The notes under the pieces were generated by a model, which saw only the letters and a list, made by a program, of their open reading frames with translations, was not told the origin of the DNA and did no database searches. A stretch of DNA of 64,000 bases, taken from contig ADNK01002524.1 in the NCBI GenBank assembly GCA_000320545.1, positions 1-64,000 of the forward strand, written 5' to 3'. Positions 9,349-28,010 of the stretch are shown piece after piece. Within the stretch, counting starts at the first letter, position 1. The number at the start of each line of letters is the position of its first letter. Position numbers and translations under genes: made by a program. The DNA comes from Bigelowiella natans CCMP2755. Taxonomy: Eukaryota > Protista > Cercozoa.

Positions 9349-9654
9349 ATGACGATGATGGTGGTGGTAATGATCAGATGATGATGGCAGAGGCTAATTC
9401 GCCTCTGATGGTTGTGATGATGGTGGTGATGATGATGATGGTGGTGATGGTGATCATGGTGGTGGTGGTGATGATGATCAGATGATGAGGTTGATGATGA
9501 GGGCAGAGGCTAATTAGCCTCTGATGGTGGTGATAGTGGTGGCGGTGATGATGATGATGATGATGGTGATAGTTATCATGGTGGTGGTGGTGGTGGTGAT
9601 GGTGATGATGATGATAATGATGATGATGGTGATCATGATGGCGATGGTGCATAG
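9246..9654 (+). repeat. (GAT/GGT)n trinucleotide tract, probably inside a 5'-UTR intron of the ARL gene
   Basis: About 400 bp of GAT/GGT repeats, bounded by GT at 9246 and AG at 9653-9654, just before the ATG at 9656. Confidence 0.7.
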
Positions 9655-9655
9655 G

Positions 9656-9868
9656 ATGTCCCTTCTAGATAAACTGAAAAAGTTAAAGAAAGGTGATAAA
9701 GAGTACAAATGTATATGTCTCGGACTCGATGGCTCTGGCAAGACTACTTTTCTCAAACAGTAATATCTCTTGTGTTATTTTTTTGGAAAGAGAGAGAAAA
9801 GTGCATGCATTTACATATCAGCTTACATATATAGAATACATGGAATACATAGAATATGTATCACATTT

Positions 9869-9910
<42 letters not shown>

Positions 9911-11568
9911 TGAGTGTGTCTGAGAGTAATATATATTTTATTTATGCATGTGTGTATGTGTATGAATGTATATATATGTGCGTGTGTATGTGTTAGTGAG
10001 TGTGTGTATTTCCATGAGGAATATGCTTCTTATGTGCCCATGTATCACGTTTGATTCATATACATGTTTGTGTACGTTTATTGTTATGGGTGCGACTGTG
10101 AGTTTAAGCGTAAATGAGTATGTGGATAAACACACCCGTGCGCATGAATTTAAATGAATCATTGTCTGATGGAGCATATCATCAGTGTTGTGCTTCGATG
10201 AATTTCCCTCTTGCATCTTCTGCGATATTGCAATTTTGACATGAGATTTCATCCAAATTTAAGTTTATTTGCTTGAGTTTGACCACATATTTCTGGATTC
10301 CGACGATTGCAATTCTGAAATTGGTTTAGTGCGAAAGAGCTAAAGTTTTCCAACACGACGCCAACTAAGAAGTTCGAAATTTCAAAAATTTACTATGAAG
10401 ATGTCCAGTTGAATGCCTGGGACTTAGGAGGTGAGCATTTCAGCTCTTCAAGCTTATCAATATAACAGGAAACTGCTTATTGCTTGTCATCATAATCCTC
10501 TCGAGCCAGTGACATCAGTGTGATGTGAAATGATGATGAAATTAAGGGCGATAATGATGCATTCCATCAACTCTTAGGAGAGAAAACGATTCGCCCATTC
10601 TGGCAGCACTACTATGCTTCGCTGGATATTGTGGTAATTCAAAGGAAAAACCATCCTCCTTATTTTTTTGGCGCATTTCCCCCTCGATTTTCGCGGAGAC
10701 ATTCTACATAAACATGCTTGCATTCACAGGTATGGTTGGTTTTTTCGTTCTCTACTGTTTTTTCCCCCTCTGGTGAATTGTAACACTTTCCCGCGACTGT
10801 TTTCATGTTATTTCAGCTATGGTTCATCGATTGCTCGGACAAAAGTAGATTTCAGGAAAGTCTACAGTCGTTGACCAAAGTCCTGGAGGATCCTAAGGTG
10901 TGATTCTTTTTCTCTTTTACCAATGCCCTCGTGCGTATTGTCGTGATCTTGAATTCGTACCTCTTTTCATCTTTGCTTCGCATGTGCATGTGATTATCTC
11001 CGGGCATGTTCACATGTGTGCACCATTCAAACAGAAGTGATGTGATCAAAGCCGTCTGTGGCCTAAAATATATGCACGATTCTGTTTGAAATATCTAAGA
11101 TGTTATTGCTCCATGGTTAAGTGCATTGCCATTCTGACACAGTGTTCTTTTTTGTGGTCCACAAAAGATTCCTATGTTACCTCTTCTGATCGTGTGCAAC
11201 AAACAAGACCTCGCCAATGCAATGCCTGCCAGCGACGTAAGTTTCACCATTTCTTGATTTAAGGAACAAAAAAATCAAAATTTAGAATCTGAGAAGCCTT
11301 GTTGCATTAGATTGAGAAACAAATCCCAGGGTCGAGCCGGTTCAAATTCGTTGTAAGTTCCATCAGTAATTTTGAATGTAATGGCTCACATTATTCATCA
11401 ATGCAATGCACTACCCCTCCGACAATTCTTTGGTATCTGATGATTTCGTGCATGTGTGCGCGCGTGTGTGTGTGCTCTATTTTGTCCTAGTCTTTATCCG
11501 CCAAAAGCGACCCAAAGCCGTTGCTGAATGAGATTGTTAAGGTCCTCAAGGCAGAAAGTAAGAAATGA
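9656..11568 (+). CDS. ARF/ARL-family small GTPase (ARL3-like), 7 exons
   Basis: GT-AG spliced exons give MSLLDKLKKLKKGDKEYKCICLGLDGSGKTT, TTPT, NAWDLGGEKTIRPFWQHYY, FIDCSDKSRF, VCNKQDL and SAK..ESKK*. Confidence 0.88.
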
Positions 11569-12099
11569 GGAACGCCTTCTCATCATGTTGATTCAATTTC
11601 AAGCGCGGAGAAAGAAATGAAGTTCGGATGGGATTGACGACGTTGGTCGATGCCAGGGGACGGAACAAAGGGAAGAAAAGCCAGTACTTGGAGCCAGAAC
11701 TTACACATGCCTGATGAACATAATCAGCTGCATCATGGGCAGATCAGCAGGATCGTTTTATTTGTTTGGAAGATCGATCGAAATCACTAAATTCTCACCA
11801 CTCGTTTTACTAGTTCATTCAATCCACCAATTGTGTCTGCACATGCATGTTGTGATGAGCACGCTGATGCATGCGAAGCGTGCATGATGCAATGGCACTG
11901 TGTTGTGTGCAGCGTGTGTGTGGATGTACGATGGACGCTGAAGCTCCTCGCTCGCGCCGCGCGCAAAACGATGATTGCACAAAAGAAAGACGACTCCAAT
12001 TGTTGTCTCTCTCAGTCATGCCATGACGCCATCACGCGCGCGCGTCATCGATCATCATGTTGGCATCATGCAATGATGAGTGTTTCAGCAATGAATTGA

Positions 12100-13400
12100 A
12101 TCTTTCGCCTGGAGATTCTCATGTGCGATTCACACGCTACATGGGACTTCGAACCAGTCGCAATGAATCCCTGAGAAGCATTTTCCACGGTCCGATGCTC
12201 GCCGTGGTCTGATTTGGACTTCGTCTTGACTTCAGCGCAACAGCTGCAGATGGGTGCATTCTTGGTGCACACATGGTCTCCTGGCAGTCCATGGTGGTGA
12301 CCTTAGATGGCGGGGGTTCGGGAGTTGTTGGGCGAACAATTCTGCGTGCGAAGCCGCCGTCAATCCCCAATCAATGCCGCAGGTGCTCCCCCTGTCCTTG
12401 CCATCATCCTTCTCAGATCTTTGCTTCTTGTTCCTGTTGTTGGCGTTCTTGTGACAGTGGCAGCGTGTGTGTGACTCGCTGCCACATGGTCTGCATGGAG
12501 CTTTGCATTGTTGCTCGCCTCCCGCATGATTCTTCTTGCAATTGAGGCACTTGAATGAGCGTTCAGTGGCATGAGGATCATCAGAGCAGCTGGATCCATG
12601 CATGTGCTTCTTGTGATGACCTTTGTGCTTCTTTTCGTAGCTGCTGTGGCCCACGTTGGCTCCTGCAGGATTGGTCAGAGCACTGCAGTCGTCTCGGTTC
12701 TCAACCAGTTCTTGAACGAACCTCCTGCAGAGATGGGATCTTCTTCACAGAAGCGTCGAAGATCTGCTGCTTCAAAGACGCGCACTTCGCTAGTTCGGGT
12801 CCAATCCCTTCACGTGGAGCAGCATTGAGAGGATGGGATTGAGTTGTTGTTTCTGACTTTCGAAGTGGTGGATCAACTCATTGAACGCACAGGTGCAGTC
12901 CTTGCTGTTGCCGGTCTGTCGCAGAGAAAGCAAGCTTTCGAATTGCACCATCAAGTTGGCTTTCCCCCCTGCAAAGAACTTCTTGTGGAGGGTCTCGCAG
13001 GCCGCGACACCGTCGTTCTTTCGCACTCCTGCATTGTTGAGTGTCCGCTAGTCCGGTGGACCGAGTCGGAGATGTGCCCGAGAATGACATCCCAAATCAC
13101 TTCACTGGAGTTGTCGAAGAGAGCTTGAGTGTGCTGCTTTGCATGCATCTCATCTTGCTTCGCTTCGTTCTTGGAGCTGTCCTTCTGTGACCGCTGCATC
13201 GTTTTGGAGGCCACAGGGATTTCCAACAGTTTCGTGGTCGGCGACATGATGAGGGGTGGAGTGTCACCATGTCCGCCGCATCTGGTCATGGATCGCAGTG
13301 AAAACCAGCAAGTGGTCCAGAACGGTTCATCATCAGTCTGCAGTTGGGTCCTTTCTGTTTGATTTTGGACTCCAACCTCGCGCACCACACATTGTGAGAG
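12100..13400 (-). mobile_element. Degenerate LTR-retrotransposon gag remnant, hypermutated
   Basis: Frameshifted minus-strand pieces with gag-like helical segments (ETLHKKFFAGGKANLMVQFESLLSLRQ..KGLDPN) and tandem Zn knuckles (CLNCKKNH..C, CRPCGSESH..C). Confidence 0.6.
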
Positions 13401-14626
13401 GCCACAGCCTCCTTGGATCCATCAAAGATTCGCCGTGCTCGACCGTCGTCAAGATTGGAGCTCACAACCCGTGAGAACGCAAGTCAAATGCGCAAATTGG
13501 AGATCGATCAAAACCCTGTTGAACGAATCAGATTTTGGCTCAGATGCATGCTGCACATGGCTGCAATCGCTGCAATGAACTCCCCACTGACCTCTGTCGA
13601 GGGCCTGATGCTTGCTAGCTTGGGGTGATCGATCTGCGAATCTCGGGATCTGAGTCCGCAGATCTGCAGCAGTTTGGGGGAAATCCCCCCAACTCCCTCG
13701 CTGGTTGCGACAAGAGTCCTTGTCGCATTGATGCGAATGGCGTGAGCCCATTTCGCACATTCAAGACTCAACTCAACTGACTCCAGACTTCGTTCAACTT
13801 CGCACTTGCTTCTGTCGAAGTCATGCTCATGCATCCATGCATGGCAATGGTGTCAATCTCGTTGCAGTTGCATTGCGCAGCGCTAGCAACACAACCGAGC
13901 CAATGCAAGCTTCAACAAACATCAAGTCCACAAAACCAATGCCCTGTTGAATGCACGATGTGAGCTGGTCATGCATGAGCAAACTGCCAAAGGAGAAAGC
14001 TCACCGCTTGCTAGCTTGCTTGCGGGTCGTTCAGAGTGTGCCAAACTAGCCACTTGCGCGCCAATGCACATCATGCGCTGGACACACAGCATCCCCATCA
14101 GCAGCATGCTGCGCATCACAGTTGCCCAAAAATTCGGGAAAAATTTCAGCCATTTTTCCCCAAAACGTCACACCACGCAGGCCGACTCCTTGTCGCAAGT
14201 GAAACACCGAGGGTGCTCCTGGAAAACATCCACAGTTTGCCAACCGAGATGGATGTTTTCCCGCTGCACGTGCCCCCTCCCATGACCACGTTTCTGGGCA
14301 TGCAACGTGAGTTGCATGCCCCCATGTGACCAGCCAAGCTGCAGTGGGTGCAGCCTGAACCCATGTGAGCATGCCTGCATGAAAATGTGAGACATGACAA
14401 AGCACAACGTGCACCATCATTTGCACTCATGCATGCGCATGCGCACCTACGTGCACTTGGTGGTCGCAGACTGACCACACTCGTGTCACACGATGTCACG
14501 TGTGCACGAAGTGCGTGTTGGATGGTGTTGCATGTCTGCGCACCACTTTCCATGCAAAGTGAAAGCACTTGCTGCTGATTGGCGTGCGCGTGCAGAGAAC
14601 GCATCGTGTGCATGCATGATGATTCA

Positions 14627-15037
14627 CAAGTCCGTCAAACCCGGCAACGACGGGGTTGTGAACAGTGCAGCGCTTTGCGACGCGCTTTGAAGCAGCAGGC
14701 AGTTGCAGTTGGTCAAAGAAAAGTCATCAGAACTTGTCCGATGGCCAAACCTGAAAAAATGACCGAAGCGTTGACCAAAATGTCCATTTTCAAGGCCTCA
14801 AAAGGTGAAAATTCACACTGTCACACACCCGTTGTGCAGCGGATGCACGCTGCGCGTTTGTTCTCTGCCACACTTTGAATGCTTTTGCGTGTGCGTTTGA
14901 CCAAGTGTGATGTGCACGAAAATTTTCAAAGAAATGCGAGCAAATCCAATGTCCATTGCATCACATGACGCGCTTGGTCGCGCGCAAAAGCTTCCAAATG
15001 CACATTCTGGCGATTCGTTGCAGGTTTGACGGACTTG
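14627..15037. mobile_element. MITE copy A (Tc1/mariner-type)
   Basis: 15-bp TIRs CAAGTCCGTCAAACC...GGTTTGACGGACTTG, flanked by CA and TG (probable mutated TA TSD). Homologous to 49037-49448. Confidence 0.85.
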
Positions 15038-16844
15038 TGTTGGGTTCATGTTTTCACGGTCGAGAAAAGAACCCTGACCCCAAATTGGCATGGATCCTGG
15101 TCTGTGGTTTGGTGTTCGTTGGCAGACGTGCACAGCTCACGATCAGTTTTTTCGCTGATCTGGTCACAATGGGGGAAAGCGGCTGCAGGAAGCAGCACAG
15201 TGTTGATGTTCGTGTCAGTTCCCACGTCAAGAAGGGGGTGCGTTGGATCACTTTCACTTCAGCGCATTCTCGTGGGAACGCGGATGGTGTGCGAGCAACA
15301 CTGCATTGCTTGCCGCACAACGTTGCGTGCACGTGAGCAAAATTGCACGCAAGAGAAGACGTTTCACAGTCAGGCAAGACTTTTCCGTTCAGTTGCGCGA
15401 AGACACGGCTGGGTGGTGCAATGGGAGCGAATTTGCACGTGCGACGTCAGGTGATTTGAGTCTTTTGAGGTGAATTGGCAGTCGACCCGTTGAGGGGCGA
15501 AGCCCCTCCCAACTGACCAACCTGAGCATTGTTCGTGTGACAAGTTCCAGAGTTCCAGAGTTGTTTGTTCAGCATTGCGAATCACTGTGAATCCCACGCA
15601 ATGGTCATTGTGAACACACTCGAGCATGTTTTGACCGTTGAAAGTGTTCAGTTTTTGCTGCATCGGCTGAAGTGATGTTGAAACGACACCTCAGAATCCA
15701 GATCACAGCACCTGGCTCGTGCGCAGACCACTGACTGCAACCACCACAAAAAACAGTCCAGGTGCAGTGGTGTGGATTCTGAGATGTCACTTTGGCATCA
15801 CTTCAGCCGATCCAGCGATGTGGCAAAAACTCCAGGTGGAACTGAACACTTTCAACTGGTCAAAACACACCTCAGTGCGTTCACAATGATCGCTGCCAAG
15901 CGCTCGCGCGAAAAAAACACGAGACATGGCTCACACTTGCGTTTTGCGACAACGTGCGGTTCAGGCTGCTTGTCGCCACCAGGTTCATCTTTGGGTGTTG
16001 AAACTTTGGCTGTCCATCGACTGGGACGTGATCAACACGATGTGCGAACTGAGTGTGTGCAACGTTTCAGTTTGTCTGACTTGCATTGCACCGAAGTTTC
16101 CAGAAAATTCTGAAAACCCCCCATTTCAAACCATCAAAAATCGCACAAGTGTGGACTTTGGTGGAGTTTTGGACCACGTCGTGTCATCGAACCGATTGCA
16201 ATCTTGTGGCATGGTGGCCAGGTGTGCGCACGATGCAAGCAAAAAGTGCAGCAAATTGCGGCGGCGTCCATCTCAACCATGAAAATTCCCGGGTTTCGCC
16301 TGGTTGTGTGAAAATTTGCCCACGGACGACCTGCTGCTGGACTGAATTGCCAGAATGAAACGATGAAAATCCAAGCTAGCTAGGCACATCACGTGTCTTT
16401 TGTGAAAACAATCATTGTCAAAAGTGACACAGTGGCAAAAATCCACAGCAGAGCATGGCGCCATCGTGTCGCATTGCAGTCACAGAACGCCGTCCACAAT
16501 CACTAGAATCAAACTTTGTGAAAGATTTTTCGAAATTCTTCATCAGCACATTCCATTGGAATTCCAGCTGCCATGATTTCTTTCCTTCGGTACAAGTCCA
16601 TGATGATCTTGTGGTCATGGGCATGCTCCTTTAGCAAATCCTTTTTCTTTGAAAGTTTCTTACCTACAAAGAGAACAATTCTTCAGTTGCTAGAACACCG
16701 CACACAATGAAGGTTGCTACCCTTGTTGCCACGGAGCATCCATCGCATTTCCAACGCCGCATCCACTTCATCCTTTGTCAGTGAGGTCACATCAAGCCCT
16801 TTCTTGGCAAGTTTTGTGGAGTCCTTTTCCGGCTTCTCCCATCG

Positions 16845-18467
16845 TCATACAACTTTTTCCAATGATTTGTTCGGCACGAGATACACATAAACCAATTTGA
16901 CGTCGCCTGGAATTTCCATAATTCCTAATCTTCTAATCATATCAGCGAAATGTTTGATGTTCCCTTGATACTTTACTAATGTCTTTACGTTACCAAGGTC
17001 CCCCATGGTTTTAAAAGTCGGCTCGGAGACTGTCACGTCAAACACATACAACGTCATGTCGTCTAAGATTGCAAAGTCCACACAAGGAAAGTTTGGATCC
17101 CGATAGTTGGTGGCCATGACATTGCGTTCGATAGGCCACCAATCTCGCCTAGCAATCTCCATTTCTCCTGGGAAAGACATGCTGATGTTGTGTTTCAGTT
17201 TCCCATCCTCAATAGACCCTGCGCGCACCCTTGCTCCTACTTGTAGAATTGACCCGCACAGTTCTTCAAACTTTGCCCCCGCAAAACATCGATTTCCGTT
17301 CTGAATATATTTGCAAACTTCGTTCTTCAGCAGAAGAATCTGATTCCGCTTTTGCTCTAGGTTCAGTTTACCAAAAGTGTACGGTCGCCACTTCGTCACA
17401 TATTCTGAGAAATCAGGAGATTTTGCCTTCAGGTCCACCAAGGCGTGGCTGTACTCGTCAAGACTCTCATTGAAATTCTTATCTGACTGTAAGTGTTTTG
17501 CCATTGCGTCCACAATATCCGTTTCCCGTCTCTTCATGTCCATGTCGCTACCCAGCACAAATCTCGGCGCACCGCCAACTTTCTCATATCTTTCCTTGAT
17601 TACCTTTGAAGCAATTTTGCTCTTTTTCAACAAGGTGTTCATCCCGATAAGCTCCTCAAGCGTACAAGCTGACAAATAATACACTAGTGAGACCTTCAGA
17701 TACTTAGCAATAGCCCGTTTTCGTGGAGACTGGAATATTATTAAAAATGTGTTGATCATCTTGTCTCTCAGTCCCATACAGTATCCGGTGTCTTCAATGT
17801 TGTTGCTATCGGCAAGAACCAGAGGAAGTTTACTGAGTTCTAAATACACAGCGTCATCGAGCTTGGCGAACACTCGGCACTTGCTCACATCTTTGGACAG
17901 GATCACAGCATGAGTTGTCCCAATTATCAATCCCACGTCCTCTCCTTGTTTCAGAACAACAAAAATAATATGCTGAATTTTTACCGTTTTGCCGATGCCG
18001 GGATTTCCTGTGAGTAGAACACTGTGTTTGATGCCATCAGCTCTGATTTCTGGGGTGAAATCTTTTTCTTCTGGAAGGTTGCTGAATGGGAAGTTACCAA
18101 CCCCCTTGGCACGATGTTTGTGGAAGTATCTGGCACTCTGAAGGATCTTATTGTGGACGACTCTCGTCTCCGCTCGTACCCACAACGTTTCGCCAACCAG
18201 TTCGCCCTGTCTGACCAGATCGAACTTACAACTTTTCATCACAAGCATTGCCTCGACTTTGCCCAGGTACTTCACTGGGGATGAGACCATTTCTTCTTTC
18301 TCTTTAGCATCCATTGTTTCGCCGAGATGCTCTCGAAAGAGTTTGGGTGTTTGCATCAGAAACTCTTTTAACGCTGGCCTAAGGCTCTTCTGAAGAGCTT
18401 CTTCACTCAGACGCACTTGTAATTGGATACATGATCGAAATGATGAGTCATACCGTGCGATAGTCAT
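16845..18467 (-). CDS. Crinkler/RHS-like protein: P-loop NTPase plus PD-(D/E)xK REase-like C-terminus
   Basis: 540-aa intronless ORF with Walker A GNPGIGKT, ERYEKVGGAPRFV, GAKFEE, PNFPCVDF and FDVTVS, as seen in CRN/RHS NTPase-REase effectors. Tyrosine and TpA content are normal. Confidence 0.72.
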   Translation of the reverse strand: MTIARYDSSFRSCIQLQVRLSEEALQKSLRPALKEFLMQTPKLFREHLGETMDAKEKEEMVSSPVKYLGKVEAMLVMKSCKFDLVRQGELVGETLWVRAETRVVHNKILQSARYFHKHRAKGVGNFPFSNLPEEKDFTPEIRADGIKHSVLLTGNPGIGKTVKIQHIIFVVLKQGEDVGLIIGTTHAVILSKDVSKCRVFAKLDDAVYLELSKLPLVLADSNNIEDTGYCMGLRDKMINTFLIIFQSPRKRAIAKYLKVSLVYYLSACTLEELIGMNTLLKKSKIASKVIKERYEKVGGAPRFVLGSDMDMKRRETDIVDAMAKHLQSDKNFNESLDEYSHALVDLKAKSPDFSEYVTKWRPYTFGKLNLEQKRNQILLLKNEVCKYIQNGNRCFAGAKFEELCGSILQVGARVRAGSIEDGKLKHNISMSFPGEMEIARRDWWPIERNVMATNYRDPNFPCVDFAILDDMTLYVFDVTVSEPTFKTMGDLGNVKTLVKYQGNIKHFADMIRRLGIMEIPGDVKLVYVYLVPNKSLEKVV

Positions 18468-19460
18468 TTATGTACAAAACAGAAATCACCTTTTGTTTCG
18501 TTTATTCGTTCGTAATCCAATATGCTTTTGCGCTTCTCCCCTGAATCAAATCACACCAAAATTAGAACATTAGATTATTTGCACAGGATATAGGTATGTC
18601 ATGGTCCCAAAGATGTATACAGATCCACAAACAAATGAATATTCTTGGATGTTTACGTGGAATATCTGCGGGCATTGTTCCACGTCGATGACAAAACATA
18701 CAAGAGAGAGCACGCGTGAGATGTCTGTTGAGCTAATTGGTATTTACCATGTTGTCCTTCGTGAGAAGGTGCTGATTATCACAAAATAAATTATCGTCAG
18801 ATTATACAGTACAATATATATGTTAATCATCATATAATTGTGGTTACAAATCATACAGTTATGGTCACATCTTACAGTTTTCATATCATACAATTATGGG
18901 CACATCATGTCACAGCAGCTTTCATATCATATAATTATGGTCGCGAAAATGTAGTCAAGGTCACAATCCATTAAAACTCTTGCAATACACACCAAAATTA
19001 AGAAAATAAAATGAAGAGATGAATAATCATATCGCATGTGTTGCACAAATAGCGTGAGACGATTGCTGAGCTAACATACACACTCACTTATATACGCATC
19101 CATAAAAATGAATTCTCTTGGATGTTTACGTGTAACATCTGTAGGCATTGTTCCACGTCGATGGATGACAAAACATACAAGAGAGAACACGCATGAGAGG
19201 TCTATTGAGCTAGCATGTACACTACCGCTTTGCTTCGTAAGAAGCGCCTCTTTCGCATTGAAGATGTCGATGCCCACTAGCCCATCGGCAAACTCTTTAA
19301 GCTGCGCTTCGGTCCTCGCAGCAAAATATTCTCCCGGGCAAGCAACTTTCTCGATTTTAAATTCGAACTCCCCCTTTTTTTTGTAAGAATCCTAACCACG
19401 CTTTCACTTCATCCTTTGACCAATGTTTAAGGTCCCTTCCTTCGTCGAAGCCCTACCATC

Positions 19461-19601
19461 AATCATAATTTGTTTGAAAATGTTGAGAGGATAAGAAATG
19501 GTAGTTCAATCATAATTTGTTTGAAAATGTTGAGAGGATAAGAAATGGTAGTTCAATCATAATTTGTTTGAAAATGTTGAGAGGATAAGAAATGGTAGTT
19601 C
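19461..19601. repeat. 47-bp tandem repeat, 3 copies
   Basis: AATCATAATTTGTTTGAAAATGTTGAGAGGATAAGAAATGGTAGTTC at 19461, 19508 and 19555. Confidence 0.9.
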
Positions 19602-20887
19602 AAACAAACACAGAAACAGAGAGAATTCTCATGAAACGCAGTAGTAGTGTAGATCTTTTTCTAAGAACAAAATTGCCCTACTCACTTTTCCAGTCGTTTC
19701 CTCATAATTCAAAAACAAGATGTATATCGATGATGATATCAAAGACTAGTACGGATCAACTTTATATATTTTTATACATTTCCATATATATATATATATA
19801 TATTATATTCAAAACAAGATTCAAAACAGTTGACCGGAATCGAGCCAGCTGTGTTGTTTGATTCAGTTTTTTCACCTTGCTCCGCATCATCCACCTCCTA
19901 TTAACACCATTTTCAAGGGGAGGAAAAAGTTAAGTACACTGCAACCCTCCCTTCATTTTTTTATTCGCCAGCAAACCGTAGCAATGCATGATGTACACAT
20001 TACTTCCTTACTCAGCCTTAAAAATCTTACAGAATATCTTGTACCATTGATCCTTCGCCACTATCAACTGCTGGTTTACGCTCATTCTAATCCAGAAATA
20101 AAAATGGATTACATCAATGAATTAGTATCATAATAGCAGCATCCTTGTAACTCTGGCACATTTTGTCAGTAGCACCATCGTATCAACTACAGCAACACCA
20201 TAGCTTTTCAGAACATGATGCGTTATCTCTTCATTGTACATCGTCCTTATCTTGCGTAGCTGCCTCTCTTGCATGCTCGTCCATTTCCTGTGATCCAGAG
20301 GTGAAATACGGATTTCATCCATCTCAAAGTGGCTCTCCAAATGATTAATACTCATTAGCATCATTAGCATAAGAACAGAAACGAAGGAACAGTCGAATGT
20401 TTTCATTTTCTCGTCATCTCCTCATTGTGGAAGCCGATGAGGGCCTGTGCTTCACCAGTCTAGACCCCACCACTAACACCTCTCACCAATGACCTGTGTG
20501 GCTTCGTGCAATCTTGATCTCTTTGTTCTCCCTGTGTATTCCTCCTTTGTGTGCTTCGATCTTTTCATCTTGAGCAGCACGAAAGCAAGGGAAGCAAAGC
20601 ATGCAACAAGAATGAATGTGGGTGATGAGTTTTGAGTGCACCAACCCGCACAAGAAGAATCGCAGGATGTTTTTGTTCTGCGACAACAGAATCAACGACA
20701 TTGTTGTTGTTGTTGTTGTTGTCATTGTTGTTGTTGTCAGGAGTTGATTATGATGGGCCAACAAGTCATCATCACCACCAACCACCTGCCACTACGACGG
20801 AGGAGGAGGAGGAGGAGGAGGAGCATAATCATTAGCGAATAGTAGTAGCGTGAGTGTCACGACAGAGATTGCGCTGCTGCCTGCAAG

Positions 20888-20932
<45 letters not shown>

Positions 20933-20952
20933 AGGAGCTTCATTACCGGAGA

Positions 20953-28010
<7,058 letters not shown>

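Noticed and set aside
147-16520. CpG-methylation decay or classical RIP as the source of the CA/TG excess
   Set aside because: CpG is abundant in these blocks and TpA is lost rather than gained. Conserved Tyr codons and the less-mutated 29 kb copy show TA is ancestral.
19461-19601. CRISPR-like array
   Set aside because: These are head-to-tail 47-bp repeats with no unique spacers, in a eukaryotic context.
20128-20785. Possible small minus-strand gene upstream of ECD
   Set aside because: Some exon-like pieces are present, but I could not assemble a consistent spliced frame or recognise a domain.
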